In this document: in pieces, positions 20,570 through 30,698 of the stretch
Position numbering within the stretch: position 1 is the first letter of the stretch
Layout: each line of letters starts with the position of its first letter
Source: a bacterium
Lineage (GTDB): Bacteria; UBA8248
NCBI GenBank assembly: GCA_965207065.1
Contig: OZ242260.1
Coordinates: forward strand, 3,616,001-3,680,000
Reading direction: 5' to 3'
Length of the DNA stretch: 64,000 bases
Notes under the pieces: model-generated
The model's database searches: none
What the model was told of the DNA's origin: nothing
What the model saw: the letters and a program-made list of their open reading frames with translations, nothing else
Translations under genes and position numbers: made by a program

Positions 20570-23095
20570 GTGCACCCCCTGCATCTGCTGGCGATTGGGT
20601 ACATAGCGGGTTTGTTGATGGGCGAGTTTTCCCTCGACTTCGAGCGGGGTGACGCCTTCTCCACCCTCGCCGCCGCGCTTATTTTGGCCTTATCCGTCCT
20701 GCTCGCCATGAGCCGCCGCATCCGGGGAAAAAGGCAAGGCTTCTTCGCGGCGCTCCTCGTGCTCGCGGGGCTCGTCGCCTCTTTCGCCGTGCCTGCGTTC
20801 CATCGTCATATGACGCCGGCGCATCATCTGCTGCGCCAGATTCCCTACGAGCGCATGAACGTCACGGGCCACCTCTCCCGGCCCGTGGAGCGAAACGACG
20901 GCGAGACGCCCCGACCGCGGATATTCATCGACGTGGAACGCGCCCTCATCCGCGGGGTCGAGGTTCCCATGACCGGCGTCGCGCGCGTCACGCTGGCTTC
21001 CAAGCTCGAAAAAACCCCCGAAGTAGGCGACAGGCTGCTCATCCAGCGCGCGCGTCTCAAACCCCCCGAGCGCTTCAAGAACCCGGGCGCGTTCGACTAC
21101 CGGGAATTCCTCCGCTTAAGAGGCGTCCACGCCGTCGGTTACAGCGGGGTGAAGAACCTTCACCAGCTTGAAGAAAAAGAGAAATGGGGCTGGCGGCGGC
21201 TATTGTTCCGCTTCCGGGATCGAATGAACGCACACATAAACGCCGTCTACCCCGAGCGCGCCGCCAGCCTCATTGCGGCGATGACCATCGGCCTGCGCGA
21301 AGGAATCGACCTGGAACTCAAAGACGCTTTCAGGAAATCGGGGGCGGCGCACCTGCTCGCCATCAGCGGCCTGCACGTGGGCTTCATCGCCGCATTTTTC
21401 TTCTTCTCTCTCCAGGGGCTACTCCGCAGGCTGCCGCCCAAGTTTTTTCCCCTGCGCCCGTTCGTACTGACGCCGTCGAAACTCGCATCGCTCGGCGTCA
21501 TCCCCCTCGTGATTCTCTTCGCGCTGCTGAGCGGCGCGCGGATATCCACAGTGCGCGCCACGATCATGATCGTCGTCTATCTCATCACCCGGCTGCTGGA
21601 GCGGCCAGGAAGCGCGATTCATTCCGTCCTGCTCGCCGCCCTGCTCATCCTTCTGGCGCAGCCGGACTTCATCCGGGATGTAGGATTTCAGCTCTCCTTC
21701 GTGGCGGTGAGCGCCATCATCCTGGCGGCGGACAGGCTCCCGCGGCCCGAAGCTAACTTAAGAATCTGGGAGAAGAAGTGGTGGTTCGCGCGGGCGCATC
21801 AACTCGCCATCATCCAGTTGGTCGTCACCGCGGCGATCACGCCGCTCACGGCGCTGCATTTTCACGAGGCGCATCCCATCGGCCTGCTCGTGAATTTTCT
21901 GCTCATTCCGCTCGCCTCGCTGCTCGTACCCCTCTCCTTCGTAGCGAGCGCTCTCGCCGCCATCAACCCGGCAGGTGCGGCCGCACTCCTGCTCCCCGCC
22001 ACATGGCTCACCGGCGCCATGGCGGAATTCATGATTTTCGTCTCGACCTATTCCTCTCAAATTCCCTGGGCCAGCATCGTCACGCCAAGTCCTGAAATCT
22101 GGCTCATCGCCTTGATCTACGCCCTCATGGCTCTCGCATTACAGTCGAGACGCGTGCGGCGGCGGAAACTCGCCTGGGCAGGCGTGGGCTGCCTGATTTT
22201 TTTCCTCCTGCTCCCCAGCACCACTTCACAGGCTGCGGGGCCTAAGCGAACTACGCTGCTTCTGCCCGACGCCGGGAACGTGGACGCCTTATTCTTGCGC
22301 CTCCCCGATGGAAAGGGCCTGGCGGTCGACGCCTCCGGCAAACGGACGGGCGGCTTCAACGCCTGGGGAAACGTGCTCGCTCCCCTGATGCGCCGGGAGA
22401 ATGAGTTGAACTGGCGCACGATGCTCAGCCTCTCCAGCTATCCCAAAGATCAACTCGCCGTGAACGAATTCGCCACCGGCATACGGGTCGAAAACCTGCT
22501 TCGCATCAAAGACTTTCGCGCTTCCGCGCCATATCGCTCCCGCTTCAGGAAACGGCACCATTCTCTCCGCGCCATCTGGCGGATGAGCGGAGGCGGCGCA
22601 CGGGTTTCGCTTCATTCGTGGAGAAAAGGCGCGATGGGTTTCGAGGTCCAAAACCCGGGTTCCCGCTGGCTGCTCATGCTGCCCTCGAAATACCCGGCGT
22701 TCGACGCCAGATGGTTTCGCGGGAAAAGATACGACCTCGTGCGCCTGCCCGAGAACCTGCTCAGAAAACGGGATGTGCTCGACTGGCTCGAAGCGCGACC
22801 GCCCCGCGCGGTCCTGGCCACTCCCCAAAGGGTGAAATGGATGCGGACAGACCTTTGGCGGGAAACGAGGAGGCGGCAGAGGAGATTGGGTGTCTATCGC
22901 CCCTGGCGCGGCGGGATGCTGCGCGTTCAGGCGGGCGGTGAGGCGGATGCGGGACACTTTTCAGTCGAGCGGTTCCGCGCGACCGAAGCCTGGCCCAAGA
23001 GCGGTACGGCGCGGTGGACCGCTTTTCGAAGGAGCCTCGCGCCCGGGTTTTCAAGCCATAAAAAGAGGAACCGGCAGACCGTCTACTCCCGATGA
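20570..23095 (+). CDS. comEC: ComEC/Rec2 competence membrane protein
   Basis: NPGAFDY, HLLAISGLHVG, RATIM, GFQLSF motifs. Confidence 0.92.
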   Translation: MHPLHLLAIGYIAGLLMGEFSLDFERGDAFSTLAAALILALSVLLAMSRRIRGKRQGFFAALLVLAGLVASFAVPAFHRHMTPAHHLLRQIPYERMNVTGHLSRPVERNDGETPRPRIFIDVERALIRGVEVPMTGVARVTLASKLEKTPEVGDRLLIQRARLKPPERFKNPGAFDYREFLRLRGVHAVGYSGVKNLHQLEEKEKWGWRRLLFRFRDRMNAHINAVYPERAASLIAAMTIGLREGIDLELKDAFRKSGAAHLLAISGLHVGFIAAFFFFSLQGLLRRLPPKFFPLRPFVLTPSKLASLGVIPLVILFALLSGARISTVRATIMIVVYLITRLLERPGSAIHSVLLAALLILLAQPDFIRDVGFQLSFVAVSAIILAADRLPRPEANLRIWEKKWWFARAHQLAIIQLVVTAAITPLTALHFHEAHPIGLLVNFLLIPLASLLVPLSFVASALAAINPAGAAALLLPATWLTGAMAEFMIFVSTYSSQIPWASIVTPSPEIWLIALIYALMALALQSRRVRRRKLAWAGVGCLIFFLLLPSTTSQAAGPKRTTLLLPDAGNVDALFLRLPDGKGLAVDASGKRTGGFNAWGNVLAPLMRRENELNWRTMLSLSSYPKDQLAVNEFATGIRVENLLRIKDFRASAPYRSRFRKRHHSLRAIWRMSGGGARVSLHSWRKGAMGFEVQNPGSRWLLMLPSKYPAFDARWFRGKRYDLVRLPENLLRKRDVLDWLEARPPRAVLATPQRVKWMRTDLWRETRRRQRRLGVYRPWRGGMLRVQAGGEADAGHFSVERFRATEAWPKSGTARWTAFRRSLAPGFSSHKKRNRQTVYSR

Positions 23096-23123
23096 ACCAA
23101 ACCCGTGCGTTTAAGGCGCAGGC

Positions 23124-24827
23124 TCAAGACTCCGCATCGGGCGGCGGCGCGGTGGCGGCTCCTCCCCGGAAGGATTTCACCGTCCGCGTCCATCTGGAGG
23201 AGAGCACCTCGCGGTCGATCGGACAGTCGATGACGTGCACGCCGCCCCCCGCCTGAGCGTCGCGAATGACGCTCCCCAACGCCTCCGCCGATTCCACGCG
23301 GTGACCATGCGCGCCGAATGCGCGCGCCAGTGCCGGGAAATCGGGATTGTTCAGCGAGGTGGCGATGTAGCGCTCACCGAACACGTGCTTTTGCGAATGC
23401 CTGAGCGCGTTGTATTCCCCATCGTTGAAGATGAGGTATGTGATCGATAAACCGAGCGCCGTCGCCGTGGCCAGTTCGCCGCAGGTCATGGTGAAGCTGC
23501 CGTCTCCCACGACCGCGCACACCGGCCTTTCGGGGGCGCCGAGCTTCGCCCCGACCGCCGCGCCTATGGCGTAGCCCATCGACTGGTAGGCTTCCGAGAG
23601 CAGGATGCTTCTCGGACGGTGAATCACGAACGCCTGCTCCATGAGCCAGCTCTGGGTGGCGGAGGAATCGGAGACGAAAATCGTATCGGGCGAAAAATTC
23701 TCGCGCAGCGTCTTCATCACGAAAAGACCGTGGAAGGGCGGCTCGGCGGGTTTCGTCGAAAACGAACGCAGCCTTTCCTCATAGCGCATTTTTCCCTCGC
23801 GCACGCGAATGTGGCCTTCCGAGAGTGCGACGTCCTTCGCATCCGAAATTCTTTTGAGCAGGCCTTCGAGTGCGGGTTTCAGGTCGCTCACCAGGCCTTT
23901 GGATGCCGGATAGTTCCGCCCGATACGATCGGGGTCGATGTCTATCTGCACGAGGCTCTTCGGCATCGGCGCCTTGAAGTAGAACGTGGCGAACTGCCCG
24001 AAGCCCGTGCCCAGCGCCAGACACAAATCCGCCTCTTCGAGCATCTCCTGACAGCCCAGGAAATGCACGAGGCCGAAAGAAAGCGGGTCGGCTTCAGACA
24101 GAATCCCCCGCCCCTTCACGGAGGTGACGACGGGCGCGCCCAGCTTGGAAGCCAGAAGCTGCACATCTCTTTCGCAACGGGCGGTCACCACACCGTTCCC
24201 CGCATATATCACCGGGCGTTTGGCCGCCAATATCGACTCCGCGATTTCATCGAGCGCGCGCTCATCGACGGGCGGCGCGGGCGGCGGCCCCTCGAACTCG
24301 GGCGCTATGATGACCCGCTCCTCTTCGGCCTGGAACAGGTTCGCCTTCATCACCACCTGCGTCGGACCGGGCCTTCCCGCCGCCGCCCAGCGGAACGCGG
24401 CCTCAACAGCGGGCGCGACCCCTGCGACCGAATCGGGCGTGAACGCCTTTTTGACGCAGCCCGCGAGCGCCTTTTCCATATCCACGTCGTGGATGGCGCT
24501 CCTGTCGCGCATGTTGTCGGCGAGCGTGGCCGTCACCGCGACGACGGGCACCGCGTCCTCATAAGCCGAACGGAGCGCGGTGGCGACGTTCGTGCCGCCG
24601 GGTCCCGGCACGGTGAACACAACGCCCGTCTTTCCCGACACCTTGGCGTAGCCGTCTGCCGCGAATCCCGCCCCCTGCTCGTGGCGCGTGACGATGGGCG
24701 TCGCACCCGCGCCGTCGATCATCGCGTCGTAGACCGGCAGCGTGAGCGTGCCCGGAATGCCGAAAATGTATTCCGCGCCGTTCGCCTGAAGCGCATCCAG
24801 CAGGACTTGCGATCCGTTTCGCGCCAC
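23124..24827 (-). CDS. Thiamine diphosphate-dependent enzyme (acetolactate synthase-like superfamily)
   Basis: RHEQGAGFAADGYA, GPGGTN, GDGSF...FNDG TPP motif; GTG start with GGAGGAG RBS. Confidence 0.9.
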   Translation of the reverse strand: MARNGSQVLLDALQANGAEYIFGIPGTLTLPVYDAMIDGAGATPIVTRHEQGAGFAADGYAKVSGKTGVVFTVPGPGGTNVATALRSAYEDAVPVVAVTATLADNMRDRSAIHDVDMEKALAGCVKKAFTPDSVAGVAPAVEAAFRWAAAGRPGPTQVVMKANLFQAEEERVIIAPEFEGPPPAPPVDERALDEIAESILAAKRPVIYAGNGVVTARCERDVQLLASKLGAPVVTSVKGRGILSEADPLSFGLVHFLGCQEMLEEADLCLALGTGFGQFATFYFKAPMPKSLVQIDIDPDRIGRNYPASKGLVSDLKPALEGLLKRISDAKDVALSEGHIRVREGKMRYEERLRSFSTKPAEPPFHGLFVMKTLRENFSPDTIFVSDSSATQSWLMEQAFVIHRPRSILLSEAYQSMGYAIGAAVGAKLGAPERPVCAVVGDGSFTMTCGELATATALGLSITYLIFNDGEYNALRHSQKHVFGERYIATSLNNPDFPALARAFGAHGHRVESAEALGSVIRDAQAGGGVHVIDCPIDREVLSSRWTRTVKSFRGGAATAPPPDAES

Positions 24828-24951
24828 CTGAATCTCCTCCGTACACCTCGAAAAGAAAAAGTCCGCCAAAGCTAGGCGGCATCCGCGCGCGTGTCAACTT
24901 CCAACCCCGTTTGCGCGCGGAGGGGCCAATAGTCTACTTTCTCGCCTACTG

Positions 24952-25190
24952 TTTCATATTGGCAGGCATAGTGAGGAACGGATGTAACAGCAGCCGGCAC
25001 TCGCAGCAGGCGAACTCGAAACTTTCATACTGGCAGGCATTGTGAGTAACGGATGTAACAGCAGCCGGCACTCGCAGCAGGCAAACTCGACAGTTTCATA
25101 CTGGCCGGCATTTTGAGGAACGGATGTATAAGCAGCCTGTACTCGCAGCAGACAAACTCGACAGTTTCATGCTGGCCGGCATTGTGAGGA
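24952..25190. repeat. Intergenic tandem repeat, 71-bp unit, about 3.3 copies
   Basis: TTTCAT..TGGC.GGCAT..TGAG.AACGGATGTA..AGCAGCC...ACTCGCAGCAG...AACTCGA units start at 24952, 25023, 25094 and 25165. Confidence 0.95.
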
Positions 25191-25224
25191 GCACCATAAT
25201 TCGCAGCCAAGCGGTGACCGTACG

Positions 25225-25986
25225 ATGGAGAAAGCGATGTTCAGCCAACGCGCGATAGACGCACTCAATGAGGCGGAATCGGTGGTCGTCCTCACCGGGG
25301 CGGGCGTGAGCGCTGAGAGCGGCGTGCCCACCTTCCGGGGAGCGGGCGGCCTATGGCGCGAGTACAGCGCCACATCGCTGGCCACGCCCGAGGCCTTTCG
25401 CGCCGACCCAAAGCTCGTCTGGGAGTTCTACAGCTACCGCCGCGAGGTGCTCGCGCCACTGACGCCCAACCCGGGGCATTACGCCATCGCCTCGCTGGAG
25501 GAGCGCCTCAATCGCTTCACCCTCATCACCCAGAACATCGACAACCTCCACCGCGTCGCCGGGACGAGGGAGATCGTGGAGCTCCACGGCAACATCTGGC
25601 GCGTCCGCTGCACGAACCCCGGCTGTGAGCGCTACACGCTCGCGTGGGAGAACCGCGACGTTCCGGTCGACCCCCTGCCGCCCCGGTGCGAGGCGTGCGA
25701 GAGCCTGCTCCGCCCCCACGTGGTGTGGTTCGGCGAGATGCTCGACCCCGAGCAGTTGCGCCGGTCGCTTGTTGCGGTGGATGATTGCGATTACCTGATC
25801 GTGGCGGGCACGTCCGCCGTGGTGCAGCCGGCCGCCTCCATGCCCATGACGGCTTCGAGGGGCGGCGCGTTCGTGCTCGAGGTGAATCCCGAGCCGACAG
25901 ATATCAGCCCGTACATGAGCGAGGCGGTGCAGGAGCCCTCGGGCGTCGCCCTCCCCCGCCTGCTCGAAGCGGCTTTTGGAGGATAG
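25225..25986 (+). CDS. cobB: NAD-dependent protein deacylase (class III sirtuin)
   Basis: GAGVSAESGVPTFRG, TQNIDNLH, ELHG, RPHVVWFGE, GTS; WEFYSYRR carries the Tyr/Arg pair of desuccinylases. Confidence 0.93.
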   Translation: MEKAMFSQRAIDALNEAESVVVLTGAGVSAESGVPTFRGAGGLWREYSATSLATPEAFRADPKLVWEFYSYRREVLAPLTPNPGHYAIASLEERLNRFTLITQNIDNLHRVAGTREIVELHGNIWRVRCTNPGCERYTLAWENRDVPVDPLPPRCEACESLLRPHVVWFGEMLDPEQLRRSLVAVDDCDYLIVAGTSAVVQPAASMPMTASRGGAFVLEVNPEPTDISPYMSEAVQEPSGVALPRLLEAAFGG

Positions 25987-25988
25987 CG

Positions 25989-27251
25989 ATGGCGCGGCCC
26001 AGAATCACGGCGGTGCGCGGGGTGAAAGACATTCTGCCCGAAGAATCGACAAGCTGGTATGGCGCCGAGCGACTGGCGCGCGAGATTTTCGCGCGCTACG
26101 GCTACGGGGAGATACGAGTTCCCGTATTCGAGCGCACGGAGATCTTCGCACGCGGCATCGGCGAGGAAACCGACATCGTTTCGAAGGAGATGTACACCTT
26201 CAACGACAAGGGGGGGGACTCCATTACCCTCCGGCCCGAGGCGACCGCCTCGATCTGCCGCGCCTATGTGCAGAACGGCCTGCACAACCGTCCCGGCGTC
26301 TCGAAGCTCTTCTGCATCGGCCCCATGTTCCGCTACGAGCGTCCCCAGGCGGGCCGTCTGCGGCAGTTCCACCAGATAGACGCCGAGGTATTCGGCTCGG
26401 TGGACCCGGCGGTCGACGCCGAACTCATCGTGATGCTCATGGAATTTCTGGACGCCATGGGCGTCGAGGGTCTTTCGCTCCAGATCAACAATCTGGGGGA
26501 CAGGGAATGCCGCCCGGCTTACGCCGCAGCACTCCAGGAATATCTCAGAGAAGAAACGAAGCATCTGGGCACTGAAATCGCAGAGCGCATCGAGCGCAAT
26601 CCGCTGCGCTTTCTGGACAGCAAGGACCCGGCGCACCAGGAGATCATTGCGCGCGCGCCGAGGATAGACGCATTCTGGAACGATTCATGCCGGGAACATC
26701 TGGACAGCGTATGCCGACTCATCGAGAGCGCGGACGTCACTTATGAGATTAACCCGAGGCTCGTTCGCGGTCTCGACTACTACTGCCTTACCGTGTTCGA
26801 GGTGACGAGCGAGAGCCTGGGGGCGCAGAACGCCGTGTGCGGCGGGGGGCGCTACGACGGCCTCGTGGAGGAACTGGGCGGTCCACCCACGCCGGGGATC
26901 GGCTTCGCGGTCGGCGTGGAGCGGCTCTTGCAACTGGCGGGCGAAAAGGCCCCGGCACCGAAAGAAGAAGCGCAAGTCTACATCGTCGCGCTCGGCGACG
27001 CCGCGCAGGCGCAAGTATTCGAACTCGCCACCGAATTGCGCGCCCAGGGAATCCGGACGGAACGCTCATTCGGCGGGGGCAGCATGAAAAGCCAGATGAA
27101 GCGCGCCGATCGCTCGGGCGCCACGTTCGTTCTCCTGCTGGGCGATGACGAGGCGGCCAAAGGGGTGGTGAGCGTTCGCCATATGAATGAGAGCCGCCAG
27201 ACCGAGGTGAGACGCGAGGAAGTATCGAGCTATATTAAAAGTAATTTATAG
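25989..27251 (+). CDS. hisS: Histidine-tRNA ligase
   Basis: KEMYTF, LRPEATA, FRYERPQAGR.RQFHQ, LVRGLDYY, GGGRYDGL; start set at ATG 25989. Confidence 0.97.
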   Translation: MARPRITAVRGVKDILPEESTSWYGAERLAREIFARYGYGEIRVPVFERTEIFARGIGEETDIVSKEMYTFNDKGGDSITLRPEATASICRAYVQNGLHNRPGVSKLFCIGPMFRYERPQAGRLRQFHQIDAEVFGSVDPAVDAELIVMLMEFLDAMGVEGLSLQINNLGDRECRPAYAAALQEYLREETKHLGTEIAERIERNPLRFLDSKDPAHQEIIARAPRIDAFWNDSCREHLDSVCRLIESADVTYEINPRLVRGLDYYCLTVFEVTSESLGAQNAVCGGGRYDGLVEELGGPPTPGIGFAVGVERLLQLAGEKAPAPKEEAQVYIVALGDAAQAQVFELATELRAQGIRTERSFGGGSMKSQMKRADRSGATFVLLLGDDEAAKGVVSVRHMNESRQTEVRREEVSSYIKSNL

Positions 27252-27289
27252 TTCAATAACAATATTATACAAGGAATTATTAAAGTAAC

Positions 27290-28228
27290 TCAAGAACTAC
27301 TGCAGAGCCATTCATACACGCTGATGACCCCTACTTCACTGAATCCCATGCTTTGATAGAAAGCGCGTACCTGCTGATCGTCGGCGGATACGATGAGTTC
27401 GAGCGCCTCCGCGCCACAATCCCGCGCTCTTTGGGCGGAAGCCTGGATCAGCAAGCGGCCCAGTCCTCTTCTGCGGTGAGCGGGCATGACGCCAAGGTCG
27501 GGAATGTAGACGGCTTTATCGCCCGCAGCCAACCGGTTCGGGTCGACGGCCAGTATCGCCATCCCCGCCCCCTCGGGATTTCCGGATTCACCATCCAGGA
27601 ATTCGAGGATGAACGAATTATCCGGTTCCGTGTCCGGAGCGTCGTACCAGGCGGTTATCGTCTCGGGCGTATGCGGCATGAAATTCCACATATACTCGAA
27701 AATCCGGTTGAAAAGATCCGCAAGATACTGCGCGTCGCCGGGCAGGGCCGCCGCGCGAATCCCGTATCCCGCCGGCAGGCGGGGCGCTCCCAAATCATCG
27801 AGCGATTCATGCTTCAGAAAGCGGAGATCGTGAACCTTGCGGCCACCGCTCAGATATATGAACCGCCCCGGGAGCGAGACGGGGAGATACGCCCAGATGC
27901 CGCCCAGGCCGTTTTCCCTGGCATCGGCGAGGGCCGCCTCCAGCAGATGACGGGCGTAACCCGCCTTTCTCGCTTCTGTCCGCACGTAGAGTGCGTCGAT
28001 GCAGGCCCTGTCCCGCGCTCTCGCCTCCCGGTTCACCACCATCCGGCAATATCCCGCCGGAACCTCGTCGCCGCCCTCCCCCGGCCAGACCAGCCAGACT
28101 TTCGTGCCCGGCGCGCCGAAACCGGCGACCACCTCTTCGCGCGAGAGCCCGAAAGCCTCCGCCGCCAGGCCGGTCAGCGCATGGCGGTGCTGCGGGCCGA
28201 CAGGCTCCACCCTAGCCGCGGTAGACAT
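27290..28228 (-). CDS. Tandem GNAT-domain N-acetyltransferase
   Basis: Two acetyl-CoA-binding motifs (V..EARKAGYA and VMPAHRRRGLG) plus FYQSMGF. Confidence 0.8.
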   Translation of the reverse strand: MSTAARVEPVGPQHRHALTGLAAEAFGLSREEVVAGFGAPGTKVWLVWPGEGGDEVPAGYCRMVVNREARARDRACIDALYVRTEARKAGYARHLLEAALADARENGLGGIWAYLPVSLPGRFIYLSGGRKVHDLRFLKHESLDDLGAPRLPAGYGIRAAALPGDAQYLADLFNRIFEYMWNFMPHTPETITAWYDAPDTEPDNSFILEFLDGESGNPEGAGMAILAVDPNRLAAGDKAVYIPDLGVMPAHRRRGLGRLLIQASAQRARDCGAEALELIVSADDQQVRAFYQSMGFSEVGVISVYEWLCSSS

Positions 28229-28604
28229 GCACGTTTCCCTCGTCGATCATTTTCTCGAATTTCTTCATCAGCCAGCCCCGCACCACGGCCCGAACGGCGG
28301 GCACCATGAGGGCGAAACCGGCGGCGTCCGTGAGAAGGCCGGGTGTGAGGAGCAGCACGCCGCCCACGAGCACCATCGCGCCCTCGACCATCTCGGCCCC
28401 GGGCAGCCTGCCCTCAGCCATTTCCGCCTGAATACGCGAGACCACGTAAAACCCCTGGGTTCTGGCCGCCCATGCGCCCAGCGCGCCAGTGAGGATGACG
28501 ACCCCCAGCGTCGAGGCCAGGCCGATGGAGGTTCCCAGATCGATGAGAATCATCAACTCGATGATGGGGATGAGCGTGAAGAGCAAAAACAGTTTGAATA
28601 TCAA
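28212..28604 (-). CDS. fxsA: FxsA family membrane protein
   Basis: LFTLIPIIEL...GGVLLLTPGLLTDAAG; start approximate. Confidence 0.88.
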   Translation of the reverse strand: MIFKLFLLFTLIPIIELMILIDLGTSIGLASTLGVVILTGALGAWAARTQGFYVVSRIQAEMAEGRLPGAEMVEGAMVLVGGVLLLTPGLLTDAAGFALMVPAVRAVVRGWLMKKFEKMIDEGNVHVYRG

Positions 28605-28785
28605 GACACTTCTCCCTGGCAGCGTGTTGATTGATTTTAGCATGAGTCCGCGCGGAATGGATATATGGAGGATTCGTGTAAAGCGGGGAAAATAGAGGAA
28701 ATTAAAGGAGAAGGCCCATTTCCGGAAACACCCCTTATCCGTCATGACCCTTGACGAATATTGTCAATTATGACAACATCTTGGA

Positions 28786-29134
28786 ATGAACGACGACACG
28801 CGTCCGATTGGCTGGATCAGGGCGGCGCGGAAAACGTACGAGACGTTCCCCCTGAGCGTTCGGGACCGCGTCAACACGGCTCTGACGATTGCCGCAGAAG
28901 GCGGCAAGGCCGACATCGCCAAACCGCTGAAAGGACTCGGTTCCGGGCGTCATGGAGATCGCGATTCGCTACCGGAGAGACGCCTACCGCGTCGTCTATG
29001 TCGCAGAGGTCGCCGGAGCCTTGTGGGTGGTCCACGCCTTTCAGAAAAAATCGAAGACGGGGATCAAGACCCTGAAGGCCGAGATCGATCTCATCCGGGC
29101 GAGACTGGAACGCCTGAGGAAGGAGTTGCAGTGA
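28786..29134 (+). pseudogene. RelE/HigB-like (Gp49-type) toxin broken by a 1-nt insertion at about 28946-28948
   Basis: N-half MNDDTRPIGWIRAARK...KPLKGLGSG and C-half VMEIAIRYRRDAYRVVY...VVHAFQKKSKTGIKT are in different frames; removing one G from TCCGGGCGTC joins them. Confidence 0.8.
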
Positions 29135-29466
29135 TGAATGAAAACGATTTCGAACTGGTTCAGGGAAGCGGAAACGTTTTTCGAGATTTCGACGACCCTC
29201 ATGCGGATTTGAAGCAGGCCAAGGCGATCCTCGCCGCCAAGATCATCGCGGTGCTGGACGAACGCGACCTCACGGTGCGAAAGGCCGCGAACATGACCGG
29301 TTTCGCCGCGGCGGATTTCTCGCGCATACGCAACGCGGCTCTCGGGCGCTTCACGCTGGATCGGCTGATGAAGATGCTCGCCGCCCTGGATGCACGCATC
29401 CGGGTCACGGTCCACTTCGACTCGCGGCGAAGCGGACAAGCGGCTATTCCGGGGGCCGGCCTATAA
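29134..29466 (+). CDS. XRE/HigA-type helix-turn-helix antitoxin
   Basis: GSGNVFRD...KAILAAKI...ADFSRIRNA.LGRFTLDRL; overlaps the toxin stop (GTGATG). Confidence 0.85.
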   Translation: MNENDFELVQGSGNVFRDFDDPHADLKQAKAILAAKIIAVLDERDLTVRKAANMTGFAAADFSRIRNAALGRFTLDRLMKMLAALDARIRVTVHFDSRRSGQAAIPGAGL

Positions 29467-29585
29467 CCACCCAATCCGGGCTGCCTCTTTTCATGGCGGG
29501 TGAAAAACCTTAAAGTCCTATGACGCATTTCATACATCCACTCGATGCGGCTGGCACGCTCGATGCGACGGAAGGAGGCTACGAC

Positions 29586-30647
29586 ATGGCATCCACGATG
29601 AAAGCAATGCGGCTTCATGAGTTGGGCGGCTCGTTTCAGCTCGAGGAGGTCCCGGTGCCACAACCGGGGCCGAACGACGCGCTGGTGCGCTTAAAGGCCA
29701 CGGGCGTGGGCCTCACGCTGGTCATCATGCGCAGTACGCCGGGCCTGGTGGATGAGTACCCGAGAATCCTGGGACACGAAATAGCGGGCGAGGTCGTCGA
29801 GACCGGCTCCCACGTCACGAACGTGGGCGTGGGCGACCACGTGACGTGCCACTTCTACCTGACCTGCCACAACTGCCGCTTCTGCCGCAGCGGACGCGAG
29901 ACGCTTTGCGAGAATTTCCGGGGATACTTCGGCCTCGTCATGGACGGGGGCTATGCCGAATACACAACCGTCCCCGCCGTGAACCTGTGCCAGATTCCGG
30001 CGGGCGTGAGTTCGCTCGACGCCTGCGTGGCGGCGGACGCCATCTGCACGCCCTATCACAACTGCGTGGCCGAGGCGCAGATAAAGCCCGGCGACGTGGT
30101 GGCCATTGTGGGCGCGGGCGGCGGCGTGGCGATTCACGCGGTACAGATGGCCCAGGTGTGCGGCGGCCACGTCATCGGTATCGACGTGTCGGAGAAAAAA
30201 CTGGAGACCGTCTCCGGGCTTGGCGCCTTCGCCACCCTGAACCCGGCGCAGACCGACACGGTGGAGGAGATCCTCTCCCTCACCGACGGGCGCGGGGTGG
30301 ACGCCTACATCGACTACGTGGCCTCGCGCGAGACGCTGGAAGCCGGCGTGGCCAGTCTGGCGCGCGGGGGCAAGCTGGTGATCGTGGGCTACCGGCCGGC
30401 GCCGGCGTACAACAACGTCTCGCCGAACTTCACCGTCGACCCGCTTCAGCTTCTCACCTACGCGCAGGAGATACACGGCTCGCGCTATTGCTCGATGGAA
30501 GAACTCGGACAATCGCTCACCCTGGTTCAGCAAGGGAGGATCAAACCCATCGTCACCGAGACCTTCCCGCTCGAAGAAACGGAAACCGCCTTCCAGGCGC
30601 TCATCGAAAACCGGGTGACCGGGAGGGCCGCGGTGGTGTTCGATTAG
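29586..30647 (+). CDS. Medium-chain (Zn-type) alcohol dehydrogenase family protein
   Basis: LGHEIAG, CHNCRFC..GRETLC structural zinc site, GAGGGV Rossmann motif, GRAAV C-terminus. Confidence 0.88.
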   Translation: MASTMKAMRLHELGGSFQLEEVPVPQPGPNDALVRLKATGVGLTLVIMRSTPGLVDEYPRILGHEIAGEVVETGSHVTNVGVGDHVTCHFYLTCHNCRFCRSGRETLCENFRGYFGLVMDGGYAEYTTVPAVNLCQIPAGVSSLDACVAADAICTPYHNCVAEAQIKPGDVVAIVGAGGGVAIHAVQMAQVCGGHVIGIDVSEKKLETVSGLGAFATLNPAQTDTVEEILSLTDGRGVDAYIDYVASRETLEAGVASLARGGKLVIVGYRPAPAYNNVSPNFTVDPLQLLTYAQEIHGSRYCSMEELGQSLTLVQQGRIKPIVTETFPLEETETAFQALIENRVTGRAAVVFD

Positions 30648-30698
30648 GTTTCATACGCGAAGACGCATTCGTTTTTCATACGATAAGGAGAAATACCG

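Noticed and set aside
24952-25190. 71-bp repeat as a CRISPR array or self-cleaving ribozyme
   Set aside because: The whole unit repeats with no unique spacers, no cas genes are nearby, and no complete hammerhead core (CUGANGA...GAAA) is present on either strand.
25785-25988. N-terminal extension of HisS in the ORF track (likewise extensions on lipA, argS, the ApgM-like gene, pnp and the aldo/keto reductase)
   Set aside because: They overlap neighbouring genes or precede better RBS-supported starts that match family N-termini.
28786-29466. 226-aa ORF as a genuine novel toxin-antitoxin fusion protein
   Set aside because: The middle third is the off-frame reading of the toxin C-half; better explained by a 1-nt insertion.
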